NCBI GenBank assembly: GCA_964348935.1
Contig: CAYGEJ010000003.1
Span: 7,287 to 71,286, forward strand
DNA: 64,000 nt
Reading direction: 5' to 3'
Source: an uncultured Candidatus Saccharibacteria bacterium
GTDB taxonomy: Bacteria > Patescibacteriota > Doudnabacteria > UBA920
Position 1 is the stretch's first letter. Each line of letters starts with the position of its first letter. A program made the position numbers and the translations under genes. A model generated the notes under the pieces. It was not told where the DNA came from. It searched no databases and saw only the letters and a program-made list of their open reading frames with translations. This document shows, one piece after another, positions 8,959 to 19,162 of the stretch.

Positions 8959-11124
8959 ATGACAAAACTAACTCAATTGTTAGTGGTTTTGGCATTTGCA
9001 ACAACCGTTGCCCTTGCTCAACCCACCATAAAAGTGAGCGGATTGTTGGGGGAAGTTACCCCCATTCGGATGCTTACAAACAGCCGAGGAGACACTGTCG
9101 TTTCGGCAAGAACGAATACAAGCGCTGTTCTATTGTTGAAGCTAGCCAATCAAAGCGATTTCACAGTCGCCTACAATGACCAAGGCAAAACCGACAAGAT
9201 TGCACTGGGCGGGTCTGGTAACCCGTTTACAAATGACCTAAACATCCAGAATTTTGCCGTCTACTTCACCACGCTGGACAGCCTGGGAACACAACGAAAA
9301 ACTTGGGAAATGCCTTTATCGAGCGGGCCTGCGAAAATGCTCGGCGAATTGGGTATGGATGTAAAAGTCCTACTAGTAAATTTTAACTACAGTCCAGTCG
9401 TGAAAAAACTGGAACTGGTGTCTGCGGTCAGGGAAGATTCCAGTGGTCGAAAGCTGATGTATGCAATTATCACTGGATATCTCGGATACTTTTCTCTTCA
9501 ACCCGATGGCAGCTTCCGAGAAGTAATGCTTACCGGTCACAATCAGTATATTTTTCCACCATTTGGCGTCAAAGTCGGATCGACCGACATAGACTTCACC
9601 ATAATTGGTGGTGCGGGTATATTGGAGCTAAGTAATTACAACCTCCAAACCAAGACCCAAAAACTGGTCGCCAAAACAGGTAGCAGCGTCGGGAACGAAA
9701 GCTTGCAAACAATGGCGGCAAGTATGGACAGCTGGAAAAAAACGACATTCCGCTACAAAACTGCCAACGGCGGTCGGGTGGCACAGGTCGTGGACGGTCA
9801 GACGACTGTCCTTTACGCCAGCAGTCAAGCAGTCGACGACCACGCGGTCAACATCGCGCACCTCTTCGTGCGCCAAGGGAACCGTGTTCTCATGGTCGAC
9901 GGCTTGAACTCCGCAATCCCAATCGCCTCGGTCGGCGACACGTTCGCCGGCAAGACGATTCGGGAGTTCTCTCTTCCAACACTAACCGCGCACGGGTGCT
10001 CGGTGAACTTCATGGCAAAAACCGACACTACTTCAGTGTCCGGCTCGCCGCATCTGTTTACGACTGCCCTCCCCTGTGTTTTGCAGGTACCGACAACTGA
10101 AGTAAAAGTTGGCGAAGCGGTAATTCTTTATGGTCAGAACCTTGGAACGGTCAACGACACGAAAATCGTTGACGCCGATAATGGCAATGTGTATACTCCA
10201 AACCTCATTACAAATGATACGGTAGTGTTCACGGCGCCTCGAATTGGCACCCGGTTCAAGGTAAAGACTAAAGGTCTTACCAGCAACACCTTTACGGTGA
10301 GAATTAACTCTGCTGTCGTACCGGTGATTGACAAGATCACAACGGCAACCGGCACCACCGGCGCAGTAGCTCCGAATGGGTTGTTCACTGTTTGGGGACA
10401 GAATTTGTCTCCTATCGTGTCAACCCGGTTCAACTACTACAACCCTGGCATCACGGTAGCCACTCGGCTACCCCTGCCTCGGCTTCTCGCCGGTGCAAAA
10501 GTGCTTGTAAACGGAGCAGAAATTCCGCTCCTGTTTGGTACCTGCTACGAGAGTGGCATCTGTCAATTCAACGCACAAGCACCAAGCACGCTCTTTGGCA
10601 CCACCGCTACGGTGGAGGTCCAGCGCTACACCGACGTTAACGGACGAGCACTTGAGGCCACAAGCCAAAAGTTCACCGTCGCCGTCCAACCCGTTGCCCC
10701 TGTAGTGTTCAGCTTTCCGAAAAATGAAGAAACACCTGACATTTCGGAACTGACTGTAATGCAAAATGGCGACAAAGCCTACCAGCTTGTAACCAGAAGT
10801 ACGCCCATGAAAGGTGGGCAAACCGTCGTATTGTATTCTACTGGTTTCGGACTAACCAGTCCTGAAATTCCTGTCGGCGAAGCTGCTGGAGAAACCTACG
10901 CTCCAGTTACTAGCCAAGTGAAGACTTGGCTCAAGTACAGGACCGGAGGCAATGAGAAGACTGAAGAGGCGGGCAATGTGGCAGTAGCATCACCACAGTT
11001 TCCTGGGGTAAACCAGGTAAACGTCAAATTGCCTGTTGTCCTTCCCGACCCTGGCACCAAGACGTTTCTCGTCGTAAAAGTTGGAGAGGAGTATGTTCCT
11101 GATATAGAACTCCCTTACAACTAG
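8959..11124 (+). CDS. Secreted IPT/TIG-like repeat protein, compositionally foreign
   Basis: The start was moved to ATG 8959, which follows an AAGGAGGA Shine-Dalgarno. The signal peptide is MTKLTQLLVVLAFATTVALA. Motifs VILYGQNLGT and LFTVWGQNL repeat. The C-terminal ...GNVAVASPQFPGVNQVNVKLP resembles acidobacterial TIG-protein C-termini. A 60-nt spot count gives about 52% GC. Confidence 0.6.
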   Translation: MTKLTQLLVVLAFATTVALAQPTIKVSGLLGEVTPIRMLTNSRGDTVVSARTNTSAVLLLKLANQSDFTVAYNDQGKTDKIALGGSGNPFTNDLNIQNFAVYFTTLDSLGTQRKTWEMPLSSGPAKMLGELGMDVKVLLVNFNYSPVVKKLELVSAVREDSSGRKLMYAIITGYLGYFSLQPDGSFREVMLTGHNQYIFPPFGVKVGSTDIDFTIIGGAGILELSNYNLQTKTQKLVAKTGSSVGNESLQTMAASMDSWKKTTFRYKTANGGRVAQVVDGQTTVLYASSQAVDDHAVNIAHLFVRQGNRVLMVDGLNSAIPIASVGDTFAGKTIREFSLPTLTAHGCSVNFMAKTDTTSVSGSPHLFTTALPCVLQVPTTEVKVGEAVILYGQNLGTVNDTKIVDADNGNVYTPNLITNDTVVFTAPRIGTRFKVKTKGLTSNTFTVRINSAVVPVIDKITTATGTTGAVAPNGLFTVWGQNLSPIVSTRFNYYNPGITVATRLPLPRLLAGAKVLVNGAEIPLLFGTCYESGICQFNAQAPSTLFGTTATVEVQRYTDVNGRALEATSQKFTVAVQPVAPVVFSFPKNEETPDISELTVMQNGDKAYQLVTRSTPMKGGQTVVLYSTGFGLTSPEIPVGEAAGETYAPVTSQVKTWLKYRTGGNEKTEEAGNVAVASPQFPGVNQVNVKLPVVLPDPGTKTFLVVKVGEEYVPDIELPYN

Positions 11125-11175
11125 CCTGTCATCGCTTCGACCTCCTTTTCCCCGCACATCGCGCAGGGATGAAAC

Positions 11176-11222
11176 AAACAAGCTAGACTTTCCCAACCAG
11201 GGATCGCTTAGCTTGTTTTTTA
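11176..11222 (+). terminator. Intrinsic terminator for the TIG-like gene
   Basis: AACAAGCTAG...CTTAGCTTGTT stem followed by TTTTTT. The loop contains TCCCAACCAGGGA. Confidence 0.6.
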
Positions 11223-11282
11223 TTCCCTTTTAATTACAGATATTTTGACAAAAATCCAGGACTAAATAGCTGTGCAAGATAA

Positions 11283-11330
11283 TTAAAAAACACCATACTA
11301 TTTATCCCCAACCAGGGATAGAATGGTGTT
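11283..11330 (-). terminator. Intrinsic terminator for the minus-strand gene 11345..11842
   Basis: AACACCAT...ATGGTGTT stem preceded by an A-tract. The loop contains TATCCCCAACCAGGGATA. Confidence 0.55.
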
Positions 11331-11344
11331 TAGTGATTTTTACT

Positions 11345-11842
11345 TTAGTTAGCAGGAATTGTACTGGAAAGGTTTTGCACTACGGTTACATCTATTGTAA
11401 CTTTTTTAGATAAATCATTTTGGTCAACCAAAATATACGCACGACCTGCATCTTTAGTTGCGTTTATGGTAAAAATTTTAGCTTGTTTATTTTCAACCAA
11501 AGTTGTTGCCCACCCCATATTAATCAAAAACTTCTCATACTCAATAGCAGCAGTTTTTTGAGCTAATTTACTTTCATAAATTAAAGTTCCCTGCACCGTA
11601 CCACTGGTAGCATTACTATTACTTGAAGACCTCGATATTACATTAGCACCAGGCTCTAATATCCATTCGGCGGTTATTCCCGGTGGATACATCTCTGCTA
11701 GAACAACTGTTTGTGATTCTTTTTTGTCTTCAATTATAGTTTGTGTAAACTTTTTATTCAAATATCCTCTTAAATAAAAAATTATTCCACTAACGAAAAT
11801 TAAAACTAGTATAAGATATATAAATTTTTTTTGGTTTGTCAT
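11345..11842 (-). CDS. N-terminally membrane-anchored hypothetical protein
   Basis: 165 aa, with a single TM followed by a Ser/Thr-rich soluble domain. Confidence 0.4.
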   Translation of the reverse strand: MTNQKKFIYLILVLIFVSGIIFYLRGYLNKKFTQTIIEDKKESQTVVLAEMYPPGITAEWILEPGANVISRSSSNSNATSGTVQGTLIYESKLAQKTAAIEYEKFLINMGWATTLVENKQAKIFTINATKDAGRAYILVDQNDLSKKVTIDVTVVQNLSSTIPAN

Positions 11843-11887
11843 TTGTTTATTATTAAAATTCTCTTATATAACAATTATAACACAAGG

Positions 11888-12268
11888 TTAATGCTTATTA
11901 TGACTAGCGTGCCTAACATGAATATGCCTAATTTTATGAAACAAAAAAGCGGAAATCCCCAAAATTAGCACACCTATCCAATATTGCATTGAGCCAAACA
12001 TAGAAACCCCTGTAAGTGGACTTAACCATAATAAATCGAACAGCAAATTAAAAATAGTCCAGAGAAATAATATAAAAATAACCTCTAAATAACTTAACAC
12101 ACCAAACCTTCTAATCATTGCAGTAACAACAACCCCAGTTAATACCCAAAAAACAATTTCCTGAATACCAGGGTCGGAAAAAATAGTGTAACTAAAAAAC
12201 CAGTACTTCAACAAGGCTAGAATTATCCACTGTATAAATGTAAAAAGTAGAAGTTTTTTGCCTGTCAT
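11888..12268 (-). CDS. Small polytopic membrane protein
   Basis: 126 aa with 3-4 TM segments. Confidence 0.4.
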   Translation of the reverse strand: MTGKKLLLFTFIQWIILALLKYWFFSYTIFSDPGIQEIVFWVLTGVVVTAMIRRFGVLSYLEVIFILFLWTIFNLLFDLLWLSPLTGVSMFGSMQYWIGVLILGISAFLFHKIRHIHVRHASHNKH

Positions 12269-12277
12269 AATTTAAAA

Positions 12278-12751
12278 TTACTTAACCGTGTTCAACTTTT
12301 TTGGCGCTCTCTTCCTAACTACGCGGCGAATTTTTGGTGCCGGACTAACCTCCACTGAAGTAACTGTATCCTTCGCCAAGCTTTCCAATTGCCATAAATC
12401 CTTTTCTAAATTTTCCTTTACTGAAGCTAACTTAATTCCAATACTTTTTGGGCTTCTATGTGGCCAGTAATGCCTGACCAAATGATCTGCTAATCCCCCA
12501 TGACTACCTTCTTCATAAATCCTGGAATACCAGTATAAACCCAGCCAAATACCATACCAAGCTCCTCCCATTAATGCAAAAGCTAAAGTAAAATAGTCTA
12601 TAGCTAAAAAGCGCCAATAAACAAACGTATCTACTAAATACCCGGAATCTACTAAATACAAATAAGTAAAAATTGCTGTTCTATGTAAAATAAAAAACAG
12701 AAAAACCCCAAGCATAGAACTCAAGAAAAGATAGAGCGATTTTTTTGCCAT
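12278..12751 (-). CDS. Small polytopic membrane protein with a basic C-terminal tail
   Basis: 157 aa with 4 TM segments and a KIRRVVRKRAPKK tail. Confidence 0.4.
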   Translation of the reverse strand: MAKKSLYLFLSSMLGVFLFFILHRTAIFTYLYLVDSGYLVDTFVYWRFLAIDYFTLAFALMGGAWYGIWLGLYWYSRIYEEGSHGGLADHLVRHYWPHRSPKSIGIKLASVKENLEKDLWQLESLAKDTVTSVEVSPAPKIRRVVRKRAPKKLNTVK

Positions 12752-12820
12752 ACATTTTTGTTTCTATAATATTTGTTGATTTTATTTATTATAGAATGTT
12801 TTTTATTTTAGTGCAAGTAT

Positions 12821-13828
12821 TTATTTTATACTCAATATACTCTTTTTATAACTATCCAAATTATCCAGTGCTATTCCAGTACCTTTTGCAACACACAGCA
12901 ACGCCTCTTCTGCAACATAACAAGGCACTCCAACGCTTTGGGAAATGTAATGATCTAAATTTCTTAATAATGCAGTTCCGCCAGTCATAACCATACCCTT
13001 ATCAATAATATCACTTGCCAATTCCGGTGGGGTTTCCTGGAGCACAGTTTTTACTGCTTTTGCTATCTCTGTTAGATCCTCGGAAATAGCTTGGACAATT
13101 TCGTTAGTGGTAATTGTAATTGTTTTAGGCAATCCTGAAACCATATCCCTGCCTTTTATCTCCATAACTTCTTCCTCACTCAAACCCAGAGCGCTACCAA
13201 TTGTAATTTTAATTTCTTCTGAAGTCCTATCCCCAATTGCCAAACCATGTCTTTTTTTTACAAAATCGATTATTGATTGATCAAGTCTATTACCGGCAAC
13301 TCGAACAGAAGTTGAATTTACAATTCCACCCAAAGAAAGCACTGCTACATCGGTTGTGCCCCCACCAATATCAATAATTAAATTACCTCTGGCTTCTGCA
13401 ATAGGAATACCCGCACCAATTGCCGAGGCAACCGTTTCTTTAATAACATAAGCAGATTTAGCACCGGCAGCCACAGCTGCATCTATAACTGCCCTTCTTT
13501 CGGTTGAAGTAATTCCGCCAGGAACGGAAATCATAACTTCCGGTCTAAAAAAACGTACGTTACCCAAGGCTTTATTAATAAAATATCTAAGCATAGCCTC
13601 AGTAACACGATAATCCGCAATAACCCCGTCTTTCATTGGACGACTAGCAACAATAGTCTCAGGAGTTCGACCCAACATTTCTTTAGCTTCTTGACCAACG
13701 GCTAAAACCCTATTATCCAGCAATGAAATTGCTACAACAGTAGGCTCGTTTATAATAATCCCTCTTTTTGGCACATAAACCAAAGTATTTGCCGTGCCAA
13801 GATCTATACCAATTTTAGTTTCGAACAT
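12821..13828 (-). CDS. mreB: Rod-shape-determining actin homologue MreB
   Basis: 335 aa. IGIDLGTANT phosphate-1, DIGGGTTD phosphate-2 and GGTALL adenosine motifs. Confidence 0.9.
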   Translation of the reverse strand: MFETKIGIDLGTANTLVYVPKRGIIINEPTVVAISLLDNRVLAVGQEAKEMLGRTPETIVASRPMKDGVIADYRVTEAMLRYFINKALGNVRFFRPEVMISVPGGITSTERRAVIDAAVAAGAKSAYVIKETVASAIGAGIPIAEARGNLIIDIGGGTTDVAVLSLGGIVNSTSVRVAGNRLDQSIIDFVKKRHGLAIGDRTSEEIKITIGSALGLSEEEVMEIKGRDMVSGLPKTITITTNEIVQAISEDLTEIAKAVKTVLQETPPELASDIIDKGMVMTGGTALLRNLDHYISQSVGVPCYVAEEALLCVAKGTGIALDNLDSYKKSILSIK

Positions 13829-13950
13829 ATTTTATATGTATTTACTACCTATTATCTATAACTTCATACCTTAATACCTAAGTCGTACTCTATTATAACA
13901 AAGGTTATGGATTTGTGAAAGACAATAAAATACTATAAAATATAGCTATT

Positions 13951-15243
13951 ATGCGTAAACGAACCCGATATCTACTACTCTTAGTTGGCTTTATATTCTT
14001 TCTCATTTTTGCACCTATTATTGTGCTTTATGTCAGAGGTGTCGCCTACGATTTTAAACAAGGAAGATTTGTTAAGACCGGTATTTTTGCAATTAAAACC
14101 AACCCAACCCACCTGGATGTTTTTATTAATGGCGAACTCAAGCAAAAAAAGGAAGGCGACATAAAATTCCTACTACCCGGCGAATATGAACTCCAATTAC
14201 ATAAAGAAGGTTATTTTAATTGGCAAAAAAGATTAACCATATACGAAGGTAAAGTTACCTGGGCAAGCCCACAACCTTACAAGATACATTTACTTAAACA
14301 AAATTCTCCGACCAACTTAGCTCAAGACGTATTAGATTTTTACCTTAATGACTTTAAGCTAGTCTATCTAACTAAAAACAGTATTAACATAGGGAGTATT
14401 AATGGCGAACGAGCAGACTTGATACTGCCAAAGTCAGTTAATACAATTCTTACCTCAGACAATAATAATTCATTCCTTTTAACAAATTCCGATTCCACAA
14501 CCAATAAACCTGTTGTATTATTTTTTAACACAGACACCAAACTTTTTAAAGACTTAAGTGACGTATTTATTTCTATTCCCAAATATTTGACCCTCGACGA
14601 AAACCAAGTCTACTATTTAGACGATTCTTCTCTTATTGCTTACGACATTTTAACCAAATCTAAAAAAATACTTCTCGAGAATATTAAAGCCTTCAACTTT
14701 GAGAATAATTCACTTTACTACGTTCAACAAAAAAATAACATAAATTCACTAAATATTAGTAACTCCTCTTTTACTCAAAATCAAGTCTTGGTAATCAACT
14801 TACCAGAATTTTCATCAGGACAAATAATTATCACTTTTGATAAACAAATACTTATATTGGCTGATGGTAATTTATACAAGGCCAACAACACTCTAGAAAA
14901 AATTGCTGACAACATTATAAATTTTAACTTTGACCAATTAAATTCCAATACCTCAATTTTACATTTAGGACAATTTGATTACTACAACCCATCATCACAA
15001 AACCTAAGCTTTGTCACTAGAACAAGCGAAGAAATTAAAAACTTAGTGGTTAAAAACAATATCGGCTACGCTTTCTTTATAAATAATACCGGGCTTAATG
15101 CCATAGAACTGGATACAAGGGATAAACAAAATCAGTATCTCTTAAGCCAAGGTACTGAAATAAAAAAGTTTCGTATTTATAATTCAGAACAAAATTTAAT
15201 ATTTTTAGACCAAACTTCGCTTAAAAATCTTGAGTTGCGATAA
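13951..15243 (+). CDS. Membrane-anchored protein with an N-terminal PEGA-like domain
   Basis: 430 aa. N-terminal TM, then LPGEYELQLHKEGYFNWQKRL (PEGA-like). Asn-rich beta-rich remainder. Confidence 0.45.
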   Translation: MRKRTRYLLLLVGFIFFLIFAPIIVLYVRGVAYDFKQGRFVKTGIFAIKTNPTHLDVFINGELKQKKEGDIKFLLPGEYELQLHKEGYFNWQKRLTIYEGKVTWASPQPYKIHLLKQNSPTNLAQDVLDFYLNDFKLVYLTKNSINIGSINGERADLILPKSVNTILTSDNNNSFLLTNSDSTTNKPVVLFFNTDTKLFKDLSDVFISIPKYLTLDENQVYYLDDSSLIAYDILTKSKKILLENIKAFNFENNSLYYVQQKNNINSLNISNSSFTQNQVLVINLPEFSSGQIIITFDKQILILADGNLYKANNTLEKIADNIINFNFDQLNSNTSILHLGQFDYYNPSSQNLSFVTRTSEEIKNLVVKNNIGYAFFINNTGLNAIELDTRDKQNQYLLSQGTEIKKFRIYNSEQNLIFLDQTSLKNLELR

Positions 15244-15246
15244 TCT

Positions 15247-15654
15247 TTAATTAATGCGCTCGTCTATGGCTTCATTCACTAATTTATCAGCTTCTTTGTT
15301 ATACTCGCGTCTGACGTGATGAAATACCACTTGCTTAAACTGACTTCTTAATTTAATCACTTCTCCGGCCAACATCTGCAATGTTGGCTCTTTTATTTTA
15401 TACCTACCCTGCATTTGCCTCACAATCAATTCACTGTCCATTCGAATCTCTAATTCCGCCTCAGGAAACAATTTTAAAACCTCTTCTAAAGCTAAAATTA
15501 AAGCTTTATACTCAGCCACATTATTCGTCACCTCACCCACATACTTTTTATATTTGTGTAATATTATTCCAGTAGCGTTTGCTACCACTACACCAATGCC
15601 TGCCGGGCCAGGATTCCCTCTCGCTCCACCATCTGTATTGATTATTAATTTCAT
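15247..15654 (-). CDS. rnhA: Ribonuclease HI
   Basis: 135 aa. INTDGGARGNPGPAGIGVV N-terminus and a conserved DEDD arrangement. Confidence 0.8.
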   Translation of the reverse strand: MKLIINTDGGARGNPGPAGIGVVVANATGIILHKYKKYVGEVTNNVAEYKALILALEEVLKLFPEAELEIRMDSELIVRQMQGRYKIKEPTLQMLAGEVIKLRSQFKQVVFHHVRREYNKEADKLVNEAIDERIN

Positions 15655-15670
15655 TCGAAATTTTGATTAA

Positions 15671-17392
15671 TTACCTATTAACTTGATGCTTAAAATCTAC
15701 TAATCTCATTTTAAACTCATTCCTACCATTCCAGTTATCTACCATTAACTCCACCGCAACATCTATAGTATCACCAACTTTTATATTTTTTTCAAGAGCG
15801 TTAAAACTAAAAGCAATTGAAGGTATACTTTTACCGGCCACACTTAAAACAAGCTGTGCATGTTGTTTTTTTTGACCAACCTGTCTTATACTTACAACTT
15901 CTAAGCCGTTCACTAAAAACTTCGGCTTAACATTATCTACTCCGAAAGGTTCCAACAAAAGCAATAAATTATAGGTATCAACTGTTAAGTCTGCGCTTTC
16001 TAACTCTGCTTCCAATAGCAATTTCGGAATTAAGTCATCTGGATTTAAATTAGTTTCGGCAAATTCTAAAATTTTTTCATAAAACTTTTCAAAATTTTCT
16101 GTTTTTAAAGTAAGCCCTGCCGCTTGTTTGTGCCCTCCAAATCTGACCAGATACTCAGAAGCATGCTTTAAAGATTCCACCACATCAAAATTACCAATAG
16201 TTCTGGCCGACCCCGTAGATTCAGATTCACCTTTTTCTAAAACAATAACCGGTTTTTTAAATTCTTCTACCAGTCTACCTGCCACCAAACCTACAATTCC
16301 CTTTGACCAATTTTCATTAGATAAAATTAAAATTTTTCTATCCAAAATACTCATTGCCTGATCCTTAGCTTCACTAACAATTCTTAACGTTTGATCCTGT
16401 CTTCTTTTATTAATTTCCTCTAACACATTTGCTCTTTCCAAAGCCCTTCCTGGATCATTTTCCATTAAAAGATGTAAGGCAGTGTCTGCATGTTCCAGTC
16501 TACCCGCAGCATTTAACCTTGGAGCTATAACAAATCCTAGAGTATGAGTATCTGCCGGCTTTTTAACAAAGTCAATATTTGCAACCTCCATAAGCGCTCG
16601 TAAACCAACCCACTTAGTTTTTTGCAAAACCTTTAATCCATACTTAACTAAAATCCGATTTTCACCCACTAATGAATGACAGTCCGCCACAGTGCCAATA
16701 GCTACTAAATCCAAAAGCCATTTTTCATAACCTTCTACGTATTTTTGACTTTTTTCTTTACACTTTTCACTAGATAATATTCCACAAGCAAGTTTAAAAG
16801 CCACCCCCACCCCGACTATATTTTCATAAGGATATTTATCCTTTCTATTTTTAGGATTAATTACCGCAAAAGCCTCGGGTAATTCACCAATAACTTCGTG
16901 GTGATCAGTAATTATAAAATCTATGTCATTATTCTTACAAAATTCTCCGGCATCTATAGCATTCGTTCCGCAATCTACCGTAATTAAAACACTACAACCC
17001 TGCTCCTTAATTTTAGCTAAAGCTTCCAAATTAATTCCATAACCCTCAGCAAATCTATCTGGAATATAAGAGTTTACTTCTACTCCCAAATACTTAAAAG
17101 TTTGTTGCAATACCGCATTGGCGGTCACTGCATCGGCATCATAGTCACCATAAATATAAATTACCTCTTTATTTTCAATAGCTTGCCAGATTCTATCTAC
17201 AGCTTTCTGCATATCGTTAAATAAAAAAGGACTATTAAGTTTAGAATATTCCGGGGCAAGAAATAAATTAATATCTTCTGCATTTAATAATCCTCGATTA
17301 GAGAGCAAACTTGCCAAAAACTTCGGATATTTCTGCAAGTCCGTGGTTATTCCGTCTAAATTTTTACTTTTTATTTCCCAATTCTTTAGCAT
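15671..17392 (-). CDS. recJ: Single-stranded-DNA-specific exonuclease RecJ
   Basis: 573 aa. DHH motifs (GDYDADAV, ITDHH) and GGHKQAAGL in the DHHA1 domain. Confidence 0.85.
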   Translation of the reverse strand: MLKNWEIKSKNLDGITTDLQKYPKFLASLLSNRGLLNAEDINLFLAPEYSKLNSPFLFNDMQKAVDRIWQAIENKEVIYIYGDYDADAVTANAVLQQTFKYLGVEVNSYIPDRFAEGYGINLEALAKIKEQGCSVLITVDCGTNAIDAGEFCKNNDIDFIITDHHEVIGELPEAFAVINPKNRKDKYPYENIVGVGVAFKLACGILSSEKCKEKSQKYVEGYEKWLLDLVAIGTVADCHSLVGENRILVKYGLKVLQKTKWVGLRALMEVANIDFVKKPADTHTLGFVIAPRLNAAGRLEHADTALHLLMENDPGRALERANVLEEINKRRQDQTLRIVSEAKDQAMSILDRKILILSNENWSKGIVGLVAGRLVEEFKKPVIVLEKGESESTGSARTIGNFDVVESLKHASEYLVRFGGHKQAAGLTLKTENFEKFYEKILEFAETNLNPDDLIPKLLLEAELESADLTVDTYNLLLLLEPFGVDNVKPKFLVNGLEVVSIRQVGQKKQHAQLVLSVAGKSIPSIAFSFNALEKNIKVGDTIDVAVELMVDNWNGRNEFKMRLVDFKHQVNR

Positions 17393-17505
17393 ATGCTCTA
17401 TTCTACCAAGTAAACAGCAAAATAAAAAGAGCGGATACTAAAATTCCGCTCAAATAATCTTCTATGGCACCACAATCTAGCAATACAGCATTTTAATAAC
17501 TAACA

Positions 17506-19125
17506 CTAATGTTTTTTAGGAACCTCGTCAATAACTCCAAGCAAGCTGACACCAGTCATCTCCTCAGGTTTAGGCAGGTTAAAAAACTCTAAGACCGTTG
17601 GAGCAATATCCGAAATAATCCCCGCTGGCACCCTGGAAGACAAAAATACATAACCATGTTCTATAGGTTTTGGAAACTTGTATTCATTTGCAATTAAAAG
17701 CAAAGGTACTGGATTAGTAGTATGATCTTTATCTATATCTCCAGTTTTAGAATGAATCATTTGCTCTACATTCCCATGGTCTGCGGTTATCATTAGTACC
17801 GCATCTCCCAACAAACAAGCATCCATAATCTTTTTTAAACATTTATCTATAAATTCCAAAGCTAACACTGCGGCTCGCAAACTGCCGGTATGGCCTACCA
17901 TATCCGGATTGGCAAAGTTTGCAAGAAAAAAATTAGTTTCTGTTTTAGATATTTTCTGAACCAAACTTTCGGTAAGTTTCTCTGCAGACATTTCGGGATG
18001 GTCGACATAATTACTACTGTTATTTGCCGGGCTGGTTACTATTTCCCTATCCTCACCAGGATATTTTTCGGTTCGTCCGCAATTAAAAAAAGCAGTGACG
18101 TGTGCATATTTCTCGCTTTCTGCTATATGGAATTGAGTAAATTTATTAGCCGACAAAACTTCGGCTAAATTATTTTTTAAATCCGTTGAGGTAAAAGCTA
18201 CATGTGCAGGCAACTTCGACGAATATTCTGTCATACTTGCAAAATATAAATTATTTAACACTGGTCTTCTGTACTCCTCTGGTAAATTTTGCGGAGCAAT
18301 AAAACATTCGGTAAGCTGAATAGCCCTGTCAGAACGAAAGTTGATAAAAATAATAGCATCATTCTCCTGAATTTTACCAACAGCCTCACTATTAGCATCC
18401 ACCATAACGGAAGGCTTAATCATTTCATCAAAAATCTGTGCTGAATAATTTTGCCTTATGCATTCCTCTGGTGAAGTATATTTCTCACCTTTACCTTCCA
18501 CCAATGCCTGATAGGTTAACAAGGTTTGCCCCCAATGTCCGCCCCTATCCATACCATAAAAACGTCCTGCTATAGTGGCTACAATACCAACCCCAGCTCG
18601 AGCTATTCGCTCGTTAAGTTTAGCTATGTCCATTAATGCTACTTTCGGCTCAGTATCCCTGCCGTCAGTAAACATATGTATATACACTTTTTTTAAACCC
18701 TTTTCACCAGCCAAAGAAAGCAAGGCATATAGATGTTCGTCAAAACTATGAACACCGCCAGCACTGACCAAGCCCAACAAGTGCAACGAGGACTTATTTT
18801 TTAAAGAGTGTTCAACTGCCTCTAAAAAAACCGGGTTCTTAAAAAAATCCCCGCTTTGAATTGAACTGGTAATTCGTGGTAAATCTTGTCCTACAATTCG
18901 ACCAGCACCAATATTCAAATGTCCGACTTCGCTATTGCCCATTTCTCCCCAAGGAAGCCCTACTAACGGTCCACTTGCTTGAAGAGTCAAACTAGGAAAA
19001 TTTTGAACAATATAATCCAAATGTGGCATTTTGGATACTGAAATAGCGTTACCGTGACTTGCTGGAGCAACGCCAAAACCGTCTAAAATTACTAACACAA
19101 CTTTTTTATACTGCTTATGATGCAT
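17506..19125 (-). CDS. gpmI: 2,3-bisphosphoglycerate-independent phosphoglycerate mutase
   Basis: 539 aa. VLVILDGFG N-terminus and ADHGN metal site. Confidence 0.85.
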   Translation of the reverse strand: MHHKQYKKVVLVILDGFGVAPASHGNAISVSKMPHLDYIVQNFPSLTLQASGPLVGLPWGEMGNSEVGHLNIGAGRIVGQDLPRITSSIQSGDFFKNPVFLEAVEHSLKNKSSLHLLGLVSAGGVHSFDEHLYALLSLAGEKGLKKVYIHMFTDGRDTEPKVALMDIAKLNERIARAGVGIVATIAGRFYGMDRGGHWGQTLLTYQALVEGKGEKYTSPEECIRQNYSAQIFDEMIKPSVMVDANSEAVGKIQENDAIIFINFRSDRAIQLTECFIAPQNLPEEYRRPVLNNLYFASMTEYSSKLPAHVAFTSTDLKNNLAEVLSANKFTQFHIAESEKYAHVTAFFNCGRTEKYPGEDREIVTSPANNSSNYVDHPEMSAEKLTESLVQKISKTETNFFLANFANPDMVGHTGSLRAAVLALEFIDKCLKKIMDACLLGDAVLMITADHGNVEQMIHSKTGDIDKDHTTNPVPLLLIANEYKFPKPIEHGYVFLSSRVPAGIISDIAPTVLEFFNLPKPEEMTGVSLLGVIDEVPKKH

Positions 19126-19162
19126 TTTGTTTTGGTTTCTGATTAGAGGTTTACACTATTTT

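Noticed and set aside
9596-10821. Several minus-strand ORFs of 62-117 aa inside the TIG-like gene, and the minus-strand ORF 54642..55013 opposite the basic-protein gene
   Set aside because: These are antisense ORFs expected in locally GC-rich DNA. They have no Shine-Dalgarno, no motifs, and overlap better-supported genes.
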